A DNA stretch of 64,000 bases from Eledone cirrhosa (taxonomy: Eukaryota), in the NCBI GenBank assembly GCA_964016885.1, contig OZ024756.1, positions 8,618,001 through 8,682,000 on the forward strand, in the 5' to 3' direction. This document shows positions 53,715-64,000 of the stretch, in pieces; position 1 is the stretch's first letter; every line of letters starts with the position of its first letter. Position numbers and translations under genes: made by a program. Under the pieces are notes generated by a model that was not told where the DNA came from, searched no databases, and saw only the letters and a program-made list of their open reading frames with translations.

Positions 53715-54010
53715 ATCTCTGTTACGACAAAAGGTTTCTCTCTATGAACGAAAAACTGGCTGTATGACGCATGTGTGTGATGTAGGTTAGTGAGACATGG
53801 GCAGTAAATATAGAGAATATCTGAAAGATGGAGAGAAATGAAGTGAACATGTTTCAATGTGCAATGTTAATGTGGTAAAAAACATAGCTTGGATGAGCTG
53901 ATAGAAAAGATGGGTATCAGAGGAATCAGAGGTAGTGTGCAGGGGTGAGGACTGCGTTGGTATCTACATGTGATGTATATAAATAGTGATAGTTAGGTGA
54001 AGAAGTACTA
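53715..54010 (+). mobile_element. Old RTE C-terminal remnant
   Basis: Degenerate KGFSL...LYDACV...SETWA...LRWY.HVM. Confidence 0.65.
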
Positions 54011-54018
54011 AGAAAGTT

Positions 54019-57000
54019 ACTCAACTGTCTATATTACAGAAGCTCAACTGTCTTCTATATTACAGAAGCTCAACTGTCTTCTATATTACAGAAGCTCAAC
54101 AGTCTTCTATATTACAGTGTCTCAAATTTACTTCTATATTACAGTGGCTCAACTGTCTTCTATATTACAGTAGTTCAACTGTCTTCTATATATACAGTGT
54201 CTCAACTGTCTTCTATATTACAGTAGCTCAACTGTCTTCTATATTACAGTGGCTCAACTGTCTTCTATATTACAGTGGCACAACTGTTTTCTATATTACA
54301 ATGGCTCAACTGTCTTCTATATATACAGTGTCTCAACTGTCTTCTATATTACAGTGGCTCAACTGTCTTCTATATTACAGTGTCTCAACTGTCTTCTATA
54401 TTACAGTGTCTCAACTGTCTTCTATATTACAGTGGCTCAACTGTCTTCTATATTACAGTGTCTCAACTGTCTTCTATATTACAGTGTCTCAACTGTCTTC
54501 TATATTACAGTAGCTCAACTGTCTTCTATACTACAGTGTCTCAACTGTCTTCTATATTACAGTCGCTCAACTGTCTTCTACATTACAGTGTCTCAACTGT
54601 CTTCTATATATACAGTGTCTCAAATGACTTCTATATTACAGTAGCTCAACTGTCTTCTATATTACAGTGGCTCAACTGTCTCCTATATTACAGTAGCTGA
54701 ACTGTCTTCTATATTACAGTGGCTCAACTGTCTTATATATAACAGTAGCTACATTGTGTTCTATATTACAGTAGTTCAACTGTCTTCTATATTACAGAAG
54801 TTCAACAGTCTTCTATATTACAGTGTCTCAACTGTCTTCTATACTACAGTGTCTCAACTGTCTTCTATATTACAGTGGCTCAACTGTCTTCTGTATTAAA
54901 GTAGCTCAACTGTCTTCTATATTACAGTGTCTCAACTGTCTTCTATATTACAGTGTCTCAACTGTCTTCTATATTACAGTGTCTCAACTGTCTTCTATAT
55001 TACAGTGTCTCAACTGTCTTCTATATTACAGTGGCTCAACTGTCTTCTGTATTAAAGTAGCTCAACTGTCTTCTATATTACAGTGTCTCAACTGTCTTCT
55101 ATATTACAGTGTCTCAACTGTCTTCTATATTACAGTGTCTCAACTGTCTTCTATATTACAGTGTCTCAACTGTCTTCTATATTACAGTGTCTCAACTGTT
55201 TTCTATATTACAGTGTCTCAACTGTCTTCTATATTACAGTGTCTCAACTGTCTTCTATATTACAGTAGCTCAACTGTCTTCTGTATTAAAGTAGCTCAAC
55301 TGTCTTCTATATTACAGTGTCTCAACTATTTTCTATATTACAGTGTCTCAACTGTCTTTCTGTATTACAGTGTCTCAACTATCTTCTATATTACAGTGTC
55401 TCAACTGTCTTCTGTATTACAGTGGCTCAACTGTCTTCTATATTACAGTGTCTCAACTGTCTTCTATATTACAGTGGCTCAACTGTCTTCTATATTACAG
55501 TAGCTCAACTGTCTTCTTTCTATGCAGTGTCTCAACTGTCTTCTATATTACAATAGTTCAACTGTCTTCTATATATACAGTAGCTCAACTGTCTTCTATA
55601 TAACAGTAGCTACATTGTTTTCTATATTACAGTAGGTCAACTGTATTCTATATTACAGGGGCACAACTGTCTTCTATATTAAAGTGTCTCAACTGTCTTC
55701 TATATTACAGTGTCTCAACTGTCTTCTATATTACAGTGTCTCAACTGTCTTCTATGTTACAGTGTCTCAACTGTATTCTATATTACAGTGTCTCAACTGT
55801 CTTCTATATTACAGTGGCTCAACTGTCTACTATATTACAGTTGCTGAACTGTCTTCTATATTACTGTGGCTCAACTGTCTTTTATATATTCAGTGTCTCA
55901 ACTGTCTTCTATATTACAGTAGTTCAACTGTCTTCTATATTACAGTGTCTCAACTGTCTTTTATATTACAGTGTCCCAACTGTCTTCTATATTACAGTGG
56001 CTCACCTGTCTTCTATATTACAGTAGCTCAACTGTCTTCTATATTACAGTAGCTTAACTGTCTTTTATATTACAGTGTCTCCACTGTCTTCTATATTAAA
56101 GTGTCTCAACTTCTTCTATATTACAGTCTCTCAACTGTCTTCTTTATTACAGTGTCTCAACTGTCTTCTATATTACAGTGTCTCAACTGTCTTCTATATT
56201 ACAGTGTCTCAACTGTCTTCTATACTACAGTGTCTCAACTGTCTTCTATATTACAGTGTCTCAACTGTCTTCTATATTACAGTGTCTCAACTGTCTTCTA
56301 TATTACAGTGTCTCAACTGTCTTCTATATTACAGTGTCTCAACTGTCTTCTATATTACAGTGTCTCAACTGTCTACTATATTACAGTTGCTGAACTGTCT
56401 TCTATATTACTGTGGCTCAACTGTCTTCTATATTACAGTAGCTCAACTGTCTTCTATATATACAGTGTCTCAACTGTTTTCTATATTACAGTGTCTCAAC
56501 TGTCTTCTATATTACAGTGTCTCAACTGTCTTCTATATTACAGTGTCTCAACTGTCTTCTATATTACAGTGTCTCAACTGTCTTCTATATTACAGTAGTT
56601 CAACTGTCTTCTATATTACAGTAATTCAACTGTCTTCTATATTACAGTGTCTCAACTGTCTTATATATTACAGTGGCTCAACTGTCTTCTATATTACAGT
56701 GTCTCAACTGTCTTCTATATTACAGTGGCTCAACTATCTTCTATATTACAGTGTCTCAACCGTCTTCTATACTACAGTGTCTCAACTGTCTTCTATATTA
56801 CAGTGTCTCAACTGTCTTATATATTACAGTGTCTCAACTGTCTTCTATATTACAGTGGCTCAACTATCTTCTATATTACAGTGTCTCAACCGTCTTCTAT
56901 ATTACAGTGTCTCAACTGTCTTCTATACTACAGTGTCTCAACTGTCTTCTATATTACAGTGTCTCATCTGTCTTCTATATTCCAGTGTCTCAACTGTCTT

Positions 57001-60000
57001 CTATATTACAGTGTCTCAACTGTCTTCTATATTACAGTAGATCAACTGTCTTCTATATTACAGTGTCTCAACTGTCTTCTATATTACAGTGTCTCAACTG
57101 TCTTTTATATTACAGTGGCTCAACTGTCTTCTATATTACAGTGTCTCAACTGTCTTCTATATTATAGTAGTTCAACTGTCTTCTATATTACAGTGTCTCA
57201 ACTGTCTTCTATATTACAGTGTCTCAACTGTCTTCTATATTACAGTGTCTCAACTTCTATATTATAGTAGTTCAACTGTCTTCTATATTACAGTAATTCA
57301 ACTGTCTTCTATACTACAGTGTCTCAACTGTCTTCTATATAACAGTAATTCAACTGTCTTCTATATTACAGTGTCTCAACTGTCTTCTATATTACAGTAG
57401 ATCAACTGTCTTCTATATTACAGTAATTCAACTGTCTTCTATACTACAGTGTCTCAACTGTCTTCTATATTACAGTGTTTCAACTGTCTTCTATATTACA
57501 GTAGATCAACTGTCTTCTATATTACAGTGTCTCAACTGTCTTTTATATTACAGTGTCTCAACTGTCTTCTATATTACAGTGTCTCAACTGTCTTTTATAT
57601 TACAGTGTCTCAACTGTCTTCTATATTACAGTGTCTCAACTGTCTTCTATACTACAGTGTCTCAACTGTCTTTTATATTACAGTGTCTCAACTGTCTTCC
57701 ATATTACAGTGTCTCAACTGTCTTCTATATTACAGTGTCTCAACTGTCTTTTATATTACAGTGTCTCGACTGTCTTCTATATTACAGTGTCTCAACTGTC
57801 TTTTATATTACAGTGTCTCAACTGTCTTCTATATTACAGTGTCTCAACTGTCTTCTATATTACAGTGTCTCAACTGTCTTCTATATTACAGTGGCTCATC
57901 TGTCCTCTATATTACAGTGTCTCAACTGTCTTCTATATTACAGTAATTCAACTGTCTTCTATACTACAGTGTCTCAACTGTCTTCTATATTACAGTGTCT
58001 CAACTGTCTTCTATATTACAGTAGATCAACTGTCTTCTATATTACAGTGTCTCAACTGTCTTTTATATTACAGTGTCTCAACTGTCTTCTATATTACAGT
58101 GGCTCAACTGTCTTCTATATTACAGTGTCTCAACTGTCTTCTATATTTCAGTAGCTCAACTGTCTTCTATACTACAGTGTCTCAACTGTCTTCTATATTA
58201 CAGTGTCTCAACTGTCTTCTATACTACAGTGTCTCAGCTGTCTTTTATATTGCAGTCTCAACTGTCTTCTATATTACAGTGGCTCAACTGTCTTCTGTAT
58301 TACAGTGTCTCAACTGTCTTCTATATTACAGTGGCTCAACTGTCTTCTATGTTACAGTGTCGCAACTGTCTTCTATATTACGGTGTCCCAACTGTATTCT
58401 AAATTACAGTGTCTCAACTGTCTTAAATATTACAGTGTCTCAACTGTCTTCTATATTACAGTGTCTCAACTGTCTTCTATACTACAGTGTCTCAACTGTC
58501 TTTTATATTGCAGTGTCTCAACTGTCTTCTATATTACAGTGTCTCAACCGTCTTCTATGTTACAGTGGCTCAACTGTCTCCTATATTACAGTGTCTCAAA
58601 TGTCTTCTATATCACAGTGTCTAAATTGTCTTCTATATTACAGTGTCTCAACTGTCTTCTATATTACAGTGTCTCAACTGTCTTCTATATTACAGTGTCT
58701 TAACTGTCTTCTATGTTACAGTGTCTCAACTGTCTTCTATATTACAGTGTCTCAACTGTCTTCTATATTACAGTGTCTCAACTGTCTTCTATATTACAGT
58801 GGCTCAACTGTCTTCTATATTACAGTGTCTCAACTGTCTTCTATATTACAGTGTCTAAATTGTCTTCTATATTACAGTGACTCAACTGTCTTCTATATTA
58901 CAGTGGCTCAACTGTCTTCTATATTACAGTGTCTCAACTGTCTTCTATATTACAGTGTCTCAACTGTCTTCTATATTACAGTAGCTCAACTGTCTTCTAT
59001 ATTACAGTGTCTCAGCTGTCTTCTATATTACTGTGTCTAAATTGTCTTCTATATTACAGTGTCTCAACTGTCTTTTATATTACAGTAGATCAACTGTCTT
59101 CTATATTACAGTGTCTCAACTGTCTTCTATATTACAGTGGTTCAACTGTCTTCTATGTTATCGTGTCTCAACTGTCTTCTATATTACAGTGTCTCAACTG
59201 TCTTCTATACTACAGTGTCTCAACTGTCTTCTATATTACAGTGGCTGCACTGTCTTGTATATTACAGTGTCTCAACTGTCTTCTATATTACAGTGGCTGC
59301 ATTGTCTTCTATATTACAGTGGCTCAACTGTCTTCTACATATACAGTGTCTCAACTGTCTTCTATATTACAATGGCTCAACTGTCTTGTATATTACAGTG
59401 TCTCAACTGTCTTCTATATTACAGTGGCTCAACTGTCTTCTATATTACAGTGTCTTAACTGTCTTGTATATTACAGTGTCTCAACTGTCTTCTATATTAC
59501 AGTGTCTCAACTGTCTTCTATACTACAGTGTTTCAACTGTCTTGTATATTACAGTGTTTCAACTGTCTTCTATATTACAGTGTCTCAACTGTCTTCTATA
59601 TTACAGTGGCTCAACTGTCTTCTATATTACAGTGTCTCAACTGTCTTCTATATTACAGTAGTTCAACTGTCTTCTATATTACAGTGTCTCAACTGTCTTT
59701 TATATTACAGTGTCTCAACTGTCTTCTATATTACAGTGGCTCAACTGTCTTCTATTTTACAGTGGCTCAACCGTCTTCTATATATACAGTGTCTCAACTG
59801 TCTTCTATATTACAGTGTCTCAACTGTCTTCTATATTACAGTGTCTCAACTGACTTCTATATTACAGTGTCTAAACTGTCTTCTATATATACAGTGTCTC
59901 AACTGTCTTCTATATTACAGTGTCTCAACTGTCTTATATATTACAGTGGCTCAACTGTCTTCTATATTACAGTGTCTCAACTGTCTTCTATATTACAGTG

Positions 60001-63000
60001 TATCAACTGTCTTCTATATTACAGTGTCTCAACTGTCTTCTATATTACAGTGTCTCAACTGTCTTCTATATTACAATGTCTCAACTGTCTTCTATACTAC
60101 AGTGTCTCAACTGACTTCTATATTCCAGTAGCTCAACTGTCTTCTATATTACAGTGTCTCAACTGTCTTCCATATTACAGTGTCTCAACTGTCTTCTATA
60201 CTACAGTGTCTCAACTGTCTTCTATACTACAGTGTCTCAACTGTCTTCTATATTACAGTAGCTCAACTGTCTTCTATATTACAGTGTCTTAACTGTCTTC
60301 TATATTACAGTGTCTCAACTGTCTTCTATACTACAGTGTCTCAACTGTCTTCTATATTCCAGTAGCTCAACTGTCTTCTATATTACAGTGTCTCAACTGT
60401 CTTCCATATTACAGTGTCTCAACTGTCTTCTATATTACAGTGCCTCAACTGTCTTCTATATTACAGTGTCTCAACTGTCTTATATATTACAGTGGCTGCA
60501 TTGTCTTCTATATTACAGTGGCTCAACTGTCTTCTACATATACAGTGTCTCACATGTCTTCTATATTACGATGGCTCAACTGTCTTGTATATTACAGTGT
60601 CTCAACTGTCTTCTATATTACAGTGGCTCAACTGTCTTCTATATTACAGTATCTTAACTGTCTTGTATATCACAGTGTCTCAACTGTCTTCTATATTACA
60701 GTGTCTCAACTGTCTTCTATACTACAGTGTTTCAACTGTCTTGTATATTACAGTGTCTCAACTGTCTTCTATATTACAGTGGCTCAACTGTCTTCTATAT
60801 TACAGTGTCTCAACTGTCTTCTATATTACAGTGTCTCAACTGTCTTCTATACTACAGTGTTTCAACTGTCTTGTATATTACAGTGGCTCAACTGTCTTCT
60901 ATATTACAGTGTCTCAACTGTCTTCTATATTACAGTGTATCAGCTGTCTTCTATATTACAGTGTCTCAACTGTCTTCTATATTACAGTGTCTCAACTGTC
61001 TTCTATATTACAGTGTCTCAACTGTCTTCTATATTACAGTGTCACAACTGTCTTCTATATTACAATGTCTCAACTGTCTTCTATATTACAGTGTCTCAAC
61101 TGTCTTCTATACTACAGTGTCTCAACTGACTTCTATATTCCAGTACCTCAACTGTCTTCTATATTACAGTGTCTCAACTGTCTTCCATATTACAGTGTCT
61201 CAACTGTCTTCTATACTACAGTGTCTCAACTGTCTTCTATACTACAGTGTCTCAACTGTCTACTATATTACACTAGCTCAACTGTCTTCTATATTACAGT
61301 GTCTTAACTGTCTTCTATATTACAGTGTCTCAACTGTCTTCTATACTACAGTGTCTCAACTGTCTTCTATATTCCAGTAGCTCAACTGTCTTCTATATTA
61401 CAGTGTCTCAACTGTCTTCCATATTACAGTGTCTCAACTGTCTTCTATATTACAGTGTCTTAACTGTCTTCTATATTACAGTGTCTCAACTGTCTTCTAT
61501 ATTACGGTGTCTCAACTGTCTTCTATATTACAGTGTCTCAACTGTCTTCTATATTACAGTGTCTCAACTGTCTTCTATATTACAGTAGTTCAACTGTCTT
61601 CTATATTACAGTGTCTCAACTGTCTTCTATATTACAGTGTCTCAACTGTCTTCTATATTACAGTGGCTCAACTGTCTTCTATATTACAGTGTCTCAACTG
61701 TCTTCTATATTACAATGTCTCAACTGTCTTCTATATTACAGTGGCTCAACTGTCTTCTATATTACAGTGTCTCAACTGTCTTCTATATTACAGTAGCTCA
61801 ACTGTCTTCTATACTACAGTGTCTCAATTGTCTTCTATATTAGAGTGTCTCAACTGTCTTCTATACTACAGTGTCTCAACTGTCTTCTATATTACAGTGT
61901 CTCAACTGTCTTCTATATTACAGTGTCACAACTGTCTTCTATATTACAATGTCTCAACTGTCTTCTATATTACAGTGTCTCAACTGTCTTCTATACTACA
62001 GTGTCTCAACTGACTTCTATATTCCAGTACCTCAACTGTCTTCTATATTACAGTGTCTCAACTGTCTTCCATATTACAGTGTCTCAACTGTCTTCTATAC
62101 TACAGTGTCTCAACTGTCTACTATATTACACTAGCTCAACTGTCTTCTATATTACAGTGTCTTAACTGTCTTCTATATTACAGTGTCTCAACTGTCTTCT
62201 ATACTACAGTGTCTCAACTGTCTTCTATATTCCAGTAGCTCAACTGTCTTCTATATTACAGTGTCTCAACTGTCTTCCATATTACAGTGTCTCAACTGTC
62301 TTCTATATTACAGTGCCTTAACTGTCTTCTATATTACAGTGTCTCAACTGTCTTCTATATTACGGTGTCTCAACTGTCTTCTATATTAAAGTGTCTCAAC
62401 TGTCTTCTATATTACAGTGTCTCAACTGTCTTCTATATTACAGTAGTTCAAATGTCTTCTATATTACAGTGTCTCAACTGTCTTCTATATTACAGTGGCT
62501 CAACTGTCTTCTATATTACAGTGTCTCAACTGTCTTCTATATTACAGTGGCTCAACTGTCTTCTATATTACAGTGTCTCAACTGTCTTCTATATTACAAT
62601 GTCTCAACTGTCTTCTATATTACAGTGGCTCAACTGTCTTCTATATTACAGTGTCTCAACTGTCTTCTATATTACAGTAGCTCAACTGTCTTCTATACTA
62701 CAGTGTCTCAATTGTCTTCTATATTAGAGTGTCTCAACTGTCTTCTATACTACAGTGTCTCAACTGTCTTCTATATTACAGTGTCTCAACTGTGTTATAT
62801 ATTACAGTGGCTCAACTGTCTTCTATATTACAGTGTCTCAACTGTCTTCTATATTACAGTAGATCAACTGTCTTCTATATTACAGTGTCTCAACTGTCTT
62901 TTATATTACAGTGTCTCAACTGTCTTCTATATTACAGTGGATCAACTGTCTTCTATATTACAGTGTCTCAACTGTCTTCTATATTACAGTGTCTCAACTG

Positions 63001-64000
63001 TCTTCTATATTACAGTGGCTCAACTGTCTTCTCTATTACACTGTCTCAACTGTCTTCTATATTACAGTAATTCAACTGTCTTCTATACTACAGTGTCTCA
63101 ACTGTCTTCTATATTACAGTAATTCAACTGTCTTCTATATTACAGTGTCTCAACTGTCTTCTATATTACAGTGGCTCAACTGTCTTCTATATTACAGTGT
63201 CTCAACTGTCTTCTATATTTCAGTAGCTCAACTGTCTTCTATACTTCAGTGTCTCAACTGTCTTCTATATTACAGTGTCTCAACTGTCTTCTATACTACA
63301 GTGTCTCAACTGTCTTTTATATTGCAGTGTCTCAACTGTCTTCTATATTACAGTGTCTCAACCGTCTTCTATGTTACAGTGGCTCAACTGTCTTCTATAT
63401 TACAGTGTCTCAACTGTCTTCTATATTACAGTGTCTAAATTGTCTTCTATATTACAGTGTCTCAACTGTCTTCTATATTACAGTGTCTCAACTGTATTCT
63501 ATATTACAGTGTCTCAACTGTCTTCTATGTTACAGTGTCTCAACTGTCTTCTATATTACAGTGTCTCAACTGTCTTCTATATTACAGTGTCTCAACTGTC
63601 TTCTATATTACAGTGGCTCAACTGTCTTCTATATTACAGTGTCTCAACTGTCTTCTATATTACAGTGTCTAAATTGTCTTCTATATTACAGTGTCTCAAC
63701 TGTCTTCTATATTACAGTGGCTCAACTGTCTTCTATATTACAGTGTCTCAACTGTCTTCTATATTACAGTGTCTCAACTGTCTTCTATATTACAGTGTCT
63801 CAACTGTCTTTTATATTACAGTGTCTCAACTGTCTTCTATATTACAGTGGCTCAACTGTCTTCTATATTACAGTGTCTCAACTGTCTTCTATATTACAGT
63901 GTCTAAATTGTCTTCTATATTACAGTGTCTCAACTGTCTTCTATATTACAGTGTCTCAACTGTCTTCTATATTACAGTGGTTCAACTGTCTTCTATGTTA
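54019..64000. repeat. 26-bp satellite ACTGTCTTCTATATTACAGTGTCTCA (about 10 kb, runs off the window)
   Basis: About 380 tandem units by length/period; higher-order variant blocks. Confidence 0.97.

Noticed and set aside
54249-63906. Dozens of long ORFs (up to 495 aa)
   Set aside because: Translations of the 26-bp satellite; stop-poor repeat, no coding signal

Overview
Repeat-dominated animal genomic DNA. The SINE/RTE/microsatellite make-up suggests a cephalopod (Octopus-like); that is inference. Nearly all long ORFs in the track are transposon remnants or translated tandem repeats. Two small-exon host genes that the ORF track does not resolve lie head-to-head about 1.47 kb apart. One is a 3-exon NDUFAF8-like twin-CX9C gene on the minus strand (29224->13036). 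The other is the first six coding exons of an FBXL13/DRC6-like gene on the plus strand (30697->52495, continuing beyond the window). Introns and flanks hold: a complete but decayed Ty3/Gypsy LTR element with an unusually long 32-nt tRNA-Trp-complementary PBS; RTE, CR1, Tx1, R4/Dong and CRE LINE remnants; two tRNA-derived SINE families whose 3' ends match LINEs in the same window; a near-intact DD37D maT transposon; hAT, mariner and piggyBac-type MITEs; and several satellites, some seeded by transposon sequence. Most notable are seven Penelope-type minimal hammerhead ribozyme motifs in the introns. The three that look intact or near-intact are antisense to the host pre-mRNA, and the four in sense orientation are damaged.
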